Assembly (NCBI GenBank): GCA_965277405.1
Contig: OZ255726.1
Coordinates: forward strand, 1,408,001-1,472,000
Source of the DNA: Gammaproteobacteria bacterium
Lineage (GTDB): Bacteria; Pseudomonadota; Gammaproteobacteria; G965277405
Reading direction: 5' to 3'
Length of the DNA: 64,000 nucleotides
Numbering within the stretch: position 1 is the stretch's first letter; every line of letters begins with the position of its first letter. The notes under the pieces were generated by a model. That model was not told where the DNA came from. It saw only the letters and a program-made list of their open reading frames with translations, and made no database searches. A program made the position numbers and the translations under genes. Below are positions 21,505-34,004 of the stretch, one piece after another.

Positions 21505-21694
21505 ATAATCCTTGCTGCGTTGGCCGCGTGGATTGAGATTTACACGTATAACGTTTTACATCACCATGGGTTTCTTCCGCTGTTTTCCAGCGATGATCAC
21601 AGCTTAAGCATTTGCGCCACCGCTCCACAAATGCTTCATTTGGTCGAGTTCCATAAATGCGGATTGCGGAAGAACCGCATTTATGGCAGATCAC
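21491..21694 (-). CDS. Small zinc-ribbon protein (NrdR-N / Ogr-like phage regulator)
   Basis: CHKC...TR......RWRKCLSC.HRWKT.E pattern. Confidence 0.7.
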   Translation of the reverse strand: MICHKCGSSAIRIYGTRPNEAFVERWRKCLSCDHRWKTAEETHGDVKRYTCKSQSTRPTQQGLFDAK

Positions 21695-21723
21695 TAGGTG
21701 TAAATGCTACGGAGGTTGTTTAG

Positions 21724-22942
21724 GGAATCTCTGATTAAGTCCCAAACAACAGCAATATCAGCTACAAAGATATACAATGGTGAATCTATTTGAATATTTG
21801 AATATTTGAATAAGCGGATAATCTTATGAAACAAACAACTTTTGCCAGTGCTGCATACGACCACAAGAAAGTAACAACGAAACCAAAAAAAATTCTTGCA
21901 GTTAATGGACAAATTAGCTCCATGGCAACAGTTGTTAGAGTTAATAGAACCGCATTATCCCAAGAAAGGGAATGGCCGCCCACCGATTAATATGCAGACC
22001 ATGTTACGCATTTATTTTTTACAGCAATGGTACAACTTATCAGACCCAGGCGTAGCAGAAGCACTATATGACATGGAAAGCATGAGGCGTTTTGCCCAGA
22101 TAGAGCTGATAGACGATGCCATCCCTGCTGAAACTACCATCTTGAACTTGCCCGCAGGATCATAGAAAAACATCAACTCAGCGTCAAGATACTTGCTGTG
22201 GTGAATGAGTATTGTATGGAAAATAATATAACAATCTCACAAGGGTCGATGGTTGATGCCACGATCATCCACGCACCATCATCTACGAAGAATAAAGAGA
22301 AAGCCCGTGATCCTGAAATGCATCAAACAAGGAAAGGCAATCAGTGGTATTTTGGCATGAAGATTCATATAGGAACTGACGCTAATAGCAATATGATTCA
22401 TAGCGCGGCAATGCCTACCACCACAGCCGCGAATGAAGCTGACATCAATGAACTCCCCAAATTGCTGCGTGAAACAGATAAGGTTATCTTTGCCGATGCA
22501 GGATATACGAGCGACAGTTATAAACGCGGCTCGCGTCATCTTGGGATAGATTGGCGTGTGAATGATAAACGCAAGCCAAAGCAGCAAATGAGCACCTCGC
22601 AGCGCCAACGCAATACACAGAACTCTAAGGTGCGCGCCCGGATTGAGCACTGTTTTCGGGTAATCAAATGTCAGTTTGGTTATAAGAAAGCTCGCTACAA
22701 AGGACTAGAAAAGAATCGAGTACAAGTATTTTCTTTGCTGGCATTGACGAACTTATACATGCTGCGAGGACGACTAACAGGATAGAACCGCCCAAAATTC
22801 AAGAAAAACAGTAAAAAACAATAAAAACAGTAAAAAACAGTAAAACAGCAACACGAAGATCAGCGAAATGATCAAATATTGACCATTGAAAATTATTGCT
22901 ATTATTTTTTTGGAGTATATGAGCGTCTTAATCAGAGCTTCC
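21724..22942 (+). mobile_element. IS5-family insertion sequence, copy 5, frameshifted transposase
   Basis: Both TIRs; transposase broken at two sites. Confidence 0.95.
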
Positions 22943-22964
22943 CTTAGTGTAAATGCTACGGAGG

Positions 22965-23985
22965 TGTGTTCACACATCAGCTAACTTAAGAAGCTGGTAC
23001 TGTATTAGTTACTAAACAAAGGAGTACAGCAGGAACAACCCACATCATTGTGCCAAAACAACGTTTCATAGTCGAGAAGTTATGATTCACAGGGTTCTTG
23101 TCGACAAGCACCCTGTGAATCGCGTAGCCAACGATTTTTCCATTTCGCTACTATTCGCTACTAACTGTTTACAAGTGGCTCAGACGCTATACATCAGGTG
23201 GAACATCTGCACTGTACAATCTTTCCAGCAGGCCAATTTCAACCCCAGCTAAGCTCGCTGAGACCTTGGCTCAACGCATCCAAAAACTCTATTTAGAGTC
23301 ACAAATGAATGCACGGAGCATTGCCAAGTATTTGCAATTGGCATACTCCACTGTCACCAAAATTTTGAGACGGCTATGCCTTACAAAAAAGACCTTAAAA
23401 AGAGAAAAAGCGCATCGCTATGAGCATGAACACCCTGGTGACATGCTGCATCTGGACATCAACAAACTGCAACGTTTTACTCCACTGGGCATAAATTTGG
23501 TGCTCCTGCAACAGCAAATACAGGCCATGGTATTGAGGGTGCCCATGTTGGTATTGATGACCATAGTCGATGGGCGTTTGTGGCGGTGCTTCCTGATGGG
23601 AAAAAGGAAACGACTCAGGATTGTATACACCGATCATTGGAGCATTGTTCATCTTTGGGAATAGCGGTGCAACGGCTGATGACAGACAATGGACCTGCAT
23701 ATCGATCAAAGTTCGTAAATAGATATCTTGATGCTTGTCAAATCAAGCACGTTTTTACCAAACCATACAGGCCTCAGACCAACGGAAAAGCAGCAAGGTT
23801 TATACAAACGCTTAGCAAGGAATGGGCATTTTCGCAGCCATAGCAAACAAGTGATGAGCGCAACAAAGCTCTTCCAAAATATCTTAACCACTATAACCTC
23901 AGACGCACACATTCCGCTTTAGGGAGGCTACCACCAGCTGCTAGAATTGTTGGTTTTTGTAAACAACGTGTGTAGTTTTGACACA
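22965..23985 (+). mobile_element. IS481-family element, decayed transposase
   Basis: TGT...ACA ends; fragments HHCAKTT..SR, RYEHEHPGDMLHLDI, LMTDNGPAY, TKPYRPQTNGKA.RFIQT; several frameshifts including a 10-bp duplication near 23143. Confidence 0.88.
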
Positions 23986-23992
23986 TAAGGAA

Positions 23993-24243
23993 GGAAGCCC
24001 TGATTAAGTTCATGATGGGCGAGACGAAAAAAAACGCTGATGATAACTAGCCGCAGTGCGCAGATAATACTGGTGGGTCTTGTGGGTATTGCCAAGTGCT
24101 GCAACGACGCAGCGCAGCGTTTTTCCCCGTTGCTGTGTTGCATCCCTTGGCGTATAGCTAGGTCATGCGCTCTCGGTTTGCGCCTTGCAATCATCTGCAA
24201 TTGCAGGCAAACTCGCTCCATCAGCGAGTTAATCAGAGTTTCC
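23993..24243 (+). mobile_element. IS5-TIR MITE, internally shortened copy
   Basis: GGAAGCCCTGATTAAG ... TTAATCAGAGTTTCC; body homologous to 35654-35940. Confidence 0.92.
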
Positions 24244-24271
24244 ATAAGATGGTTATCCTAAGGTTCAACAA

Positions 24272-24925
24272 TTGAATAACAGCGCCGCGCTTGACCTATT
24301 GCATGGTGCTATCCAAGCGAGCAATGCCACTGTCAAGACAGGAGCTGATCAAAAAATAATCGACTTCCTGAATGTGCTAGCACAATGGAATGCCGTTCAT
24401 AGCTTAAGCGGCCGCTCTGGATTGCGCGCGTGGATTGCTATTGACGTTATCGACAGCCTACAATGCTTGTTCACCTTGCAACACACACCCGCAAGCAGCA
24501 ACGCCTGCAACGTGGTTGACCTTGGGTCTGGCAATGGGTTTCCGTCGATAATTCTGGCGTGTTGTAGCGACATGCAAATCTTCTGCATTGAACGCAGGCA
24601 GAAAAAAGCTGCATTCTTACGCCATATCATCATGGAGCTACAGCTTACCAACGCAAAAGTTTTTGCGATAGACTCCAGCCAGTTTCACCCCAACAGCAGA
24701 ATTGATGCACTCGTTACTCGTGCATTTGGCAACTTCAACGATATTATTGCTGCTAGCCAGCACTTCATGCAGCATGCCACGTATGTCTGCATAAAAAGCG
24801 ACTCAATACAAAACCAGCAACAACAACATATGGCACAACACCTTATGGCTACACACGTAGTCAACAACATACGTACACAGTCGCGCCACAACCTGCTGCA
24901 CACATTTCAGTTGCCAGTAGCGTGA
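24272..24925 (+). CDS. rsmG: 16S rRNA m7G527 methyltransferase RsmG (GidB)
   Basis: WN..H.L, DSL, DLGSGNGFP, E...KK.AFL, VTRAF. Confidence 0.92.
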   Translation: MNNSAALDLLHGAIQASNATVKTGADQKIIDFLNVLAQWNAVHSLSGRSGLRAWIAIDVIDSLQCLFTLQHTPASSNACNVVDLGSGNGFPSIILACCSDMQIFCIERRQKKAAFLRHIIMELQLTNAKVFAIDSSQFHPNSRIDALVTRAFGNFNDIIAASQHFMQHATYVCIKSDSIQNQQQQHMAQHLMATHVVNNIRTQSRHNLLHTFQLPVA

Positions 24926-25704
24926 GCGATTTTCACCGTTTTATTACTATTTCCAACCAAAAAGGTGGCGTTGGGAAAACCACAACTGCCATCAACCTCA
25001 GCGCATCGCTGGCAGCCGCAGGATATAAAGTATTGCTGATAGACATAGACCCGCAGGGCAATGCCACAATGGGTTCTGGGATTGAAAAAACCCAACTCAA
25101 AGTTGGTATAGATTCAGTACTGCTGAATAACTGCCCCCCAGAAAACGCCATCATCAGCAATACCGTTGGCGGCTATGATGTGCTGCCCACCAACAACAAC
25201 TTAGTTGCGCTAGAAGTTGAATTGCTTACCAAAAAAAACCGTGAATATACGCTACAAAATCAATTGAGCGGCATTGCCAAACACTATAACTTTATGATTG
25301 CCGACTGCCCGCCAGGACTAAATATTTTGACAGTCAACGCCTTGGTCGCCGCGGATAGTGTCTTGGTACCAATTCAATGCGAATACTATGCCCTCGAAGG
25401 ACTCAGCGACTTACTGCGCACCATCAAGCAACTCCAAGTACGCGCCAACCAAAAGCTAGAAGTCGAAGGGATGTTACGCACCATGTACGACCCGCGCACC
25501 GTCCTCTCACGAGATGTCTCACAACAACTCGTCAAACACTTTGGTGATCAGGTACTCAACACCGTGATTCACAGAAACATTCGTCTTGCAGAGTCACCCA
25601 GCCATGGAGTTCCAGCCATGGTATACGATAAATTTTCGAGCGGCGCAGTGCATTATCATGCACTTGCTGGCGAAATTCTACGCCGCCATAAACTGGTAGT
25701 GTAG
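24922..25704 (+). CDS. parA: Chromosome partitioning ATPase ParA/Soj
   Basis: NQKGGVGKTTTA, DIDPQGNAT, DCPP, QCEYYALEG, RLAESPSHG. Confidence 0.95.
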   Translation: MSDFHRFITISNQKGGVGKTTTAINLSASLAAAGYKVLLIDIDPQGNATMGSGIEKTQLKVGIDSVLLNNCPPENAIISNTVGGYDVLPTNNNLVALEVELLTKKNREYTLQNQLSGIAKHYNFMIADCPPGLNILTVNALVAADSVLVPIQCEYYALEGLSDLLRTIKQLQVRANQKLEVEGMLRTMYDPRTVLSRDVSQQLVKHFGDQVLNTVIHRNIRLAESPSHGVPAMVYDKFSSGAVHYHALAGEILRRHKLVV

Positions 25705-25895
25705 CAACAGTAAAAATTCAGCGGGCGGAATGTTGCGCAGCATTTGCAAATGCTCTTTTTTGGCAGCAACATGCAATGACAGCGTCTTGTTGCTAACACG
25801 ATCATCCAATGTCACCAGCCACCCAGTGTGGTTACTGCCAAGGACGGGGCTTATCAGATCACTATTCCACACACTGTAAGCTATGAGCCATACGC

Positions 25896-27164
25896 TTACA
25901 TGTATGGGAGATACATAGCTAGCCCTGGCAAAAACCACAGCAAAATTGCTGTGCCAAGCATAATAGCCACAAAAGGCCATACGCCTTGAATAACTTCTGG
26001 TAACTTTGCCTTGCCAACGGCTTGAACAACAAAGAGGTTCATGCCAACGGGCGGAGTTATCAAGGCACATTCGATCATGATAACAAATATAATCCCAAAC
26101 CAGATGGGATGAAGCCCCAGCAGCGCAAGAGGCTCAATAAGAACTGGCATCATAATCAACAGCATGCTCAAAGATTCAAGAAAGAGACCCATAACCAACA
26201 AAACGATACAAATAACCAGTATAAAGAGCCAAGGTTCAGTAAAAGCAGTTGCAACAAACGCTGTTATGGCTTGAGGAATTTGATAAATCGTAATGGATTT
26301 GCCAAAAAGTGCGGCAGCGGCCACAATCAATAAAATGGTTACCGTTGTTTTCATTGCAGCCATGGCTGCTGAGTGAATATCTGCAAAGGTATTTTTTCGT
26401 TTTGCCAGAACAATTGCCAGAGCAAGCACGAAACCGACACCCGCAGCTTCGCTTGGTGTAAACATCCCTCCATAGATACCACCAACAACCACAAAAGCGA
26501 TAAATACTACTGGTAATGCGGCTACTGTTGCTGCTAACCTTTCTTCTCTAGAGGCTTTTTCTGAACGAATATAACTATTGTTAAATTTGGCAAAAATAAA
26601 GCTATAAAAGATAAACATACTTGCCAAAAAAATCCCTGGACCAATGCCAGCAAGAAAAAGCTTGGGTATTGATGCCTCAGTAATCACACCATAAATAATC
26701 ATGGGGATGGAAGGAGGAATTAAAATACCAAGTGTTCCTCCGGCTGCAACCAAGCCTAGTACAAAGAATTTTGGATAACCTCTTTGAGTCATTTCAACTA
26801 TAACCACTGTGCCGACGGTTGCTGCAGTTGCAACAGATGATCCGGAAATTGCGGCAAAAAGCGCACATGTAATAACCGTCGCAACAGCCAATCCTCCCGG
26901 CCAATGACCAACCCAGGATTGCACCGCTCTAAAAAGGTCTGAGCCAATGCCACCAACTAACAATACATGAGACATTAACAAAAACAGAGGGACAGCGAGC
27001 AGTTCAAAGCTATCAATCCCAGAAATCATAAACTGACTTACCATGATCATAGGTAAGCCCTTAAGCCATAATAAAATAGTCCCAAGAGAAGCCATCGCAA
27101 TCGCCACAGGCACCCGCAGCAGCAACAAGCAGATTAGGGCGAGTAGAATAAATAGCGTATCGAT
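25896..27164 (-). CDS. dctM: TRAP transporter large permease DctM (start uncertain)
   Basis: LLAVPLF, FAAISGSSVAT, GILIPPSI, FTPSEA, ITPPVGMNLF; frame open up to the dctQ stop. Confidence 0.93.
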   Translation of the reverse strand: MDTLFILLALICLLLLRVPVAIAMASLGTILLWLKGLPMIMVSQFMISGIDSFELLAVPLFLLMSHVLLVGGIGSDLFRAVQSWVGHWPGGLAVATVITCALFAAISGSSVATAATVGTVVIVEMTQRGYPKFFVLGLVAAGGTLGILIPPSIPMIIYGVITEASIPKLFLAGIGPGIFLASMFIFYSFIFAKFNNSYIRSEKASREERLAATVAALPVVFIAFVVVGGIYGGMFTPSEAAGVGFVLALAIVLAKRKNTFADIHSAAMAAMKTTVTILLIVAAAALFGKSITIYQIPQAITAFVATAFTEPWLFILVICIVLLVMGLFLESLSMLLIMMPVLIEPLALLGLHPIWFGIIFVIMIECALITPPVGMNLFVVQAVGKAKLPEVIQGVWPFVAIMLGTAILLWFLPGLAMYLPYM

Positions 27165-27173
27165 AGTTTTTTC

Positions 27174-27695
27174 CTATTCTACAAGGTCTAATTCACTGGA
27201 TATTTCTTCCTCTCCTGTAAATGTTTTATAAACTTCAGAAATGCACTGGAGAAAAAGTAGTCCTAGACCTATAAGTAAGGAGATTTGAATAATCCACATG
27301 GGAATTGCGAGGACACTGTCCGTTGTCGCAGAGGTTTTAAGAGAATAACTAATATCCTTGAAACTATTTATGCTAACAAGAACACAAAATACAGCCGTAA
27401 GAGTAAGCGCAAACATATCCAAAATTTTACGGACGGTAACATTGATATTGTCACCGATAATATCCACAATAATTAAACTTTTTTTTTGTAAAGCAAAAGC
27501 CACACCCAGATAAACACACCATATCTGAGCAATTTGAGAGAATTCTTCTGTCCATTTTGTCGGCATGCCAAATTTACGCATCACCACTTCATACGTTACG
27601 CAAAACCCAACGAAAACAAATATCCATGCCGTAACAACACCAGAATACCATGAAGCTTTATCAATGGCTTTTGAGAGTAGTCTAAGTAATTTCAT
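27174..27695 (-). CDS. dctQ: TRAP transporter small permease DctQ
   Basis: YEVVMR..F..PT.WTEE, four hydrophobic segments, between dctP and dctM. Confidence 0.9.
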   Translation of the reverse strand: MKLLRLLSKAIDKASWYSGVVTAWIFVFVGFCVTYEVVMRKFGMPTKWTEEFSQIAQIWCVYLGVAFALQKKSLIIVDIIGDNINVTVRKILDMFALTLTAVFCVLVSINSFKDISYSLKTSATTDSVLAIPMWIIQISLLIGLGLLFLQCISEVYKTFTGEEEISSELDLVE

Positions 27696-27804
27696 GAAAA
27701 ACACAGAGATGAGATACGCGGCAAATTATCTTATCGCATGGAAATTAAATCGGGAATAACAACTGACATTACTGCTGACTGTGTTGAGTTAATCTCGGTG
27801 CTGA

Positions 27805-28797
27805 TTATAGCTTACCAGCTTCTGTAACGATAGCTTGACCCATTGCCCCTGCTCTTTTCACATAAGCATTAACAACAGACTCTGTGGCCTTTTTCCAGAC
27901 AGATCTTTGCTCGTCAGTCAGCTCGATAATTTTAATCTTATCCGCAAGGAACTCACGTGCTGCATTTTCTGTGTTGACAATTGAAGTTCGCAACTCTTGC
28001 TCAACACGCTTTCCAGCTTTGCTAACTACCGCGCGCTCTGAGTCAGTCAACGCTTTCCATACATCATTATTGATAACCACGATGAATTCAATATCCAAGT
28101 GATTGGTCAAAGTCAGGTAATCCATAACCTCATACAACTTACGCGATCGTACAGCAGTAATTCCTGTCATACCAGCATCAACAGTGCCATTTTGGTATGC
28201 CAGAAACTGTTTCGAGCCCGACATAATTGTCGGAGCGGCTCCAATCGCTGCAATTGTGTCAGAAATTGTCGCACCAAATGATCTGATTTTTAATCCTTTA
28301 GCATCTTCTGGAACAATAATTGGTTTATCACCTTTAGTTAAAATTACTGCTCCACCATATGCTTGATACCACAAAGGCTTAGCACCAGTTTTTTCAATTG
28401 CTGGATCAAGAATGTTGCGAATTGAACTTCCTGGAGCAGTAGCTGCTGTAATTTTGTCGGCATCATCAAACAGGAAAGGAACATAAAAAGCATCAACAGC
28501 AGGAACAGTACCGACAAAACGCGTTAAGGATGCCACCCCCATTTCGATTGCCCCAGATGCCACAGCCTGTGGAACTTCTTTATCTTTAAACAATTGAGCA
28601 GAAGGGTAGATTTCAATTTTAACTTCACCATTTGTCTCTCGCTCAACTTCTTCCTTGAAGCTCATAACATTTTGCCCAAGAGGGTGGGTCAAAGGTAGCT
28701 GAAGGGTTAGCCGTAACGTTGTCTCTCCTGCTTGCGCAAAACCAGAGAAAGAAGACAGAGTTATTCCAGCGAAAAGACCCAGAAATAATTTTTTCAT
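27805..28797 (-). CDS. dctP: TRAP transporter substrate-binding protein DctP
   Basis: Signal peptide, YPSAQL, KGLKIR, Q.GTVDA, W.ALT; GGAGG RBS upstream. Confidence 0.93.
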   Translation of the reverse strand: MKKLFLGLFAGITLSSFSGFAQAGETTLRLTLQLPLTHPLGQNVMSFKEEVERETNGEVKIEIYPSAQLFKDKEVPQAVASGAIEMGVASLTRFVGTVPAVDAFYVPFLFDDADKITAATAPGSSIRNILDPAIEKTGAKPLWYQAYGGAVILTKGDKPIIVPEDAKGLKIRSFGATISDTIAAIGAAPTIMSGSKQFLAYQNGTVDAGMTGITAVRSRKLYEVMDYLTLTNHLDIEFIVVINNDVWKALTDSERAVVSKAGKRVEQELRTSIVNTENAAREFLADKIKIIELTDEQRSVWKKATESVVNAYVKRAGAMGQAIVTEAGKL

Positions 28798-29212
28798 AAA
28801 TTAACCTCCCTGTATAAACTATAATTTTTGATATCTGCAAAGTTCTGTTGCAAAGTTGAATGCGATTGTATTCAAGGCTTTGTTTTATGGAACCTATGAT
28901 TAAAATATTTCTTAAGTTTGCAGCGGATCCTGCAATGTTGCGCGGTCCGCTTTCTAAATTAACTGTATGGGGCATTATGCTTACATAGAAAATATTTGAC
29001 ATCCTCTCCGTCTTGTTAATTGCAGGGACAATCAATACCCCCACCGCCAACACCGGTGGTGTTAATCAGACCGCCACTGATAATTCCTGTCTGCACACCA
29101 AGTCCATTGGTCTGCGTCAGCACCGCCATCAGTTGTTCTACAGTAAAATATGCCATCCAATCCATAAATTGTTTGCGAGAAAATTGAATCGACATGCCTC
29201 GTTGCGTAGTAT

Positions 29213-29944
29213 ATGGCAATGACAAACTTGCAAGCATCTCCAGCTACATATACGCGCCCTCTACTGCATACGCCAAACGGCAGTAAAGCTGTGGTGCTTC
29301 ACTCTTGCTGTGCGCCATGTTCTGGAGAAGTAATCGCAGCAATCGTAGCTAGCGATATTGCGCTTACTGTGTTTTTTTACAACCCCAATATTCACCCACG
29401 CCAAGAGTATGAAATTCGCAAGCAAGAAAATATCCGCTACTGCCACGACAACAACATCAATTTTGTCGATGGCGACTACGACGCCGAATATTGGTTTGAG
29501 CGCGTAAAAGGGCAGGAATTACTCCCAGAACGCGGCGAGCGCTGTACCACCTGTTTTGACATGCGTTTCGAAGTAACAGCAGCTTTCGCTCACAGCCGTG
29601 ATATCTGGGTATTTACTTCCTGTTTGGGTATTTCACGCTGGAAAGATATGAATCAAATCAACGCCAGCGGCATTCGTGCCAGCCAGCGTTTTGACGGTCT
29701 TGAATATTGGACATACAATTGGCGAAAAATGGGCGGGTCACAACGGATGATTGCGATATCAAAAACGGAGAATTTCTACCAACAAGAGTATTGTGGCTGT
29801 ATTTATAGTCTGCGTGATACCAATAAACATCGGCTATCGCGCGGTCGCGAGCGCATTACTCGCGGCGTGCGTTATTATGGAATTGCCCAGGATCACCCTG
29901 CTATCCAACAACAAATTGGCAACAACCGCGGTGTTGCCGAATAA
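29213..29944 (+). CDS. queH: Epoxyqueuosine reductase QueH (DUF208)
   Basis: [40 protein letters not shown]. Confidence 0.93.
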   Translation: MAMTNLQASPATYTRPLLHTPNGSKAVVLHSCCAPCSGEVIAAIVASDIALTVFFYNPNIHPRQEYEIRKQENIRYCHDNNINFVDGDYDAEYWFERVKGQELLPERGERCTTCFDMRFEVTAAFAHSRDIWVFTSCLGISRWKDMNQINASGIRASQRFDGLEYWTYNWRKMGGSQRMIAISKTENFYQQEYCGCIYSLRDTNKHRLSRGRERITRGVRYYGIAQDHPAIQQQIGNNRGVAE

Positions 29945-29962
29945 GGCGATGTTATGGCTTAT

Positions 29963-29997
29963 GAAACCTCTGATTAAGTCCATGATGGGCGAGACGA
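29963..29997 (+). mobile_element. MITE left-end fragment
   Basis: GAAACCTCTGATTAAGTCCATGATGGGCGAGACG between convergent queH and glnK. Confidence 0.85.
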
Positions 29998-30008
29998 AGC
30001 ATGCGTGT

Positions 30009-31492
<1,484 letters not shown>

Positions 31493-31499
<7 letters not shown>

Positions 31500-31960
31500 A
31501 TCAAGATCAGTATTGGATGGAACAGGCATTGCTGCAAGCCAAATGCGCCTATGCCAACCACGAAGTACCGATTGGTGCAATTATTATTGCAAATAATACG
31601 GTAATAGGCATTGGTGCCAATGCACCAATAGCCAATTGCGACCCCACCGCCCACGCAGAAATCATCGCCATTCGCGATGCAGCACAACGCATCAACAACT
31701 ACCGACTTAGCAACGCTACCTTGTATTCCACCATTGAGCCGTGCGCTATGTGTGTTGGCGCAATGATTCACGCACGGATTACCCGACTGGTATTTGGGGC
31801 ATTTGAGCCGAAAACTGGCGCTGTCTCCTCTGCATTTCAACTGCTTGATGGCTGCCGCCATAACCACACTATCGAATACCATGGCGGCGTCCTCCATGAC
31901 CGCGCCCAACAGCTATTACAATCATTTTTTTCTAAACGTCGCGGCAAGCATCCCGCATGA
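31493..31960 (+). CDS. tadA: tRNA adenosine(34) deaminase
   Basis: EVPIGA, DPTAHAEI, EPCAMC.GAMIHARI. Confidence 0.96.
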
Positions 31961-33957
31961 ATAATTCCATGCTCTGGCAACCAACTGCTGCTGCTATTGC
32001 TGCAAGCAATCTCAGCAAATTTACGGCACAACTGCGCGACAATCTCAATATCGACTTCAATCCAATTGATACAGCACTCGATACACAAGTCGCCCGTTAC
32101 CAAGCACTACACAGCTGGTCAATCAACAATATTGGCGAATTTTGGCAACAGGCATGGCAGTTTTGTGATGTCCATGCATCCCGCCAACCCAGTGCATTTT
32201 TTGTCGCTGGGACCACCATGCGTGATGCGCAATGGTGCCCTGATGCGTTACTGAACTATAGCGAAAATCTGCTGCGCCAATCAGCAACGCTAGCCATTGC
32301 ATTGATTGAAATCAAAGAAAATGGTCACTCGCGCAATATTTCAGGCAAACAATTAAATGACAGCGTATACGCATTTGCTGCGGGGCTGCAGCACCTTGGC
32401 ATCAAGCGTGGCGATTGCGTAGCGGCGGTATTACCCAACGGTGCTGATGCAGTCATCGGCATGTTGGCGACGGCAGCATTAGGTGCAATATGGACATCGT
32501 GCTCGCCAGACTTTGGCGTATGCGGGATGGTTGACCGGTTGCAATTAGTCCAACCCAAAGTGCTCATCAGCACAGATGGGTATTGGTATAACGGCAAGCA
32601 AATCGACACCCAAGCGACGATGCAGCAAGTCATTGACCACATCCCATCAATCGAAACAATTATTCAAAGTCGCTATGTCGGTAACAACCAACAATTACAA
32701 AGCGAGGCAACTATATTAGATTTCGCCAGCGTTGCAGAGTTAGCAACGCCACTGCATAGCTGTGTGCAAGTAGGCTTCACAGCGCCGTTATTCATCATGT
32801 TTTCCTCAGGCACTACAGGTACACCAAAATGCATCGTCCATTGCCATGGGGGTGTCTTGTTAAAACAGATAACCGAGCTACAACTCCATTGCGATATCAA
32901 AACTGGCGACCGGATGTGCTTTTACACCACAACCGGCTGGATGATGTGGAATTGGTCACTATCAACACTTGCATGTGGAGCAACGCTAGTGTGTTACGAC
33001 GGCTCACCAGCGTATGGCAACATCAACAAATTTTGGCAAATTATTAGCGACTACAACGTCAGCCACATGGGGACCAGCCCCAAATATTTAGCCAGTTGCC
33101 AAGCCAGTCAACAACCGTTGCCAGCTGCCCCCAACTTACGCTTAGTCATCACGAGTGCCGCACCGCTGGCATCAAACATATTTGAATGGTTGTATCAATC
33201 GAATGTTGCCCATGCACAACTCGCACCAATAGCAGGCGGAACAGATATCCTTGGCTGTTTTTTTGTACCATGCCCGTGGCTTGCTGTGATTACGGGAGAA
33301 ATGCAATGCGTTGCTTTGGCAACAGACGTCGTTGCCATGCAAGAAGACGGCAGCATTGTGTATGGCGCACACCAGCACGGTGAACTCATTTGCCGTCAAC
33401 CATTCCCCAGCATGCCTGTATATTTTTTGCACGATGTTAACAACCAACGCTACCACGACGCCTACTTTGCCCAAATACCACCGTATTGGGCGCATGGTGA
33501 CTACATCTCATTGCGCGGCAGCGCGCATGGCATCGTGATTTATGGTCGCAGTGACGCCACGCTGAATCCAGCCGGGGTGCGCATTGGCACCGCAGAACTA
33601 TATAACGTTGTTGAAGCGATGGACGAAATCACTGAAGCACTGGCAATAGGCTATGACCACGATAGCGACCAATCCATTGTATTATGCGTGATACTTGCCA
33701 GTAGGCAAACGCTCACGGATGACTTGCATCAAGTCATCCGTAACACTATCCGCACCGCACTCACCGTCCGCCATGTGCCACGTTGGGTCTTTGCCGTTAC
33801 TGATATTCCGCGAACCAGCAACGGTAAAAAGATGGAAAAAAACGCCAAGCAATGGCTGTGCGGACAAACCAGCAGCAACGACTCACTCACCGCAGCACAA
33901 CTCGTTAGCAGCTATCAGGCAATCGGTACGCAGATACGCAAGCAACTCGACGACTAA
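31957..33957 (+). CDS. Acetoacetate-CoA ligase
   Basis: FSSGTTGTPKCIVH, TTTGWMMWNW, GGTDI, WAHGD, GRSDATLNP.GVRIGTAELY. Confidence 0.93.
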   Translation: MNNSMLWQPTAAAIAASNLSKFTAQLRDNLNIDFNPIDTALDTQVARYQALHSWSINNIGEFWQQAWQFCDVHASRQPSAFFVAGTTMRDAQWCPDALLNYSENLLRQSATLAIALIEIKENGHSRNISGKQLNDSVYAFAAGLQHLGIKRGDCVAAVLPNGADAVIGMLATAALGAIWTSCSPDFGVCGMVDRLQLVQPKVLISTDGYWYNGKQIDTQATMQQVIDHIPSIETIIQSRYVGNNQQLQSEATILDFASVAELATPLHSCVQVGFTAPLFIMFSSGTTGTPKCIVHCHGGVLLKQITELQLHCDIKTGDRMCFYTTTGWMMWNWSLSTLACGATLVCYDGSPAYGNINKFWQIISDYNVSHMGTSPKYLASCQASQQPLPAAPNLRLVITSAAPLASNIFEWLYQSNVAHAQLAPIAGGTDILGCFFVPCPWLAVITGEMQCVALATDVVAMQEDGSIVYGAHQHGELICRQPFPSMPVYFLHDVNNQRYHDAYFAQIPPYWAHGDYISLRGSAHGIVIYGRSDATLNPAGVRIGTAELYNVVEAMDEITEALAIGYDHDSDQSIVLCVILASRQTLTDDLHQVIRNTIRTALTVRHVPRWVFAVTDIPRTSNGKKMEKNAKQWLCGQTSSNDSLTAAQLVSSYQAIGTQIRKQLDD

Positions 33958-34004
33958 TACCACCACGTTATGACTAATACGCAGCTGCGCGCTGCGGCAG
34001 ATAA

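Noticed and set aside
29016-29237. Possible N-terminal relic of a phosphotransferase or homoserine kinase (GGLINTT)
   Set aside because: Similarity too short to support
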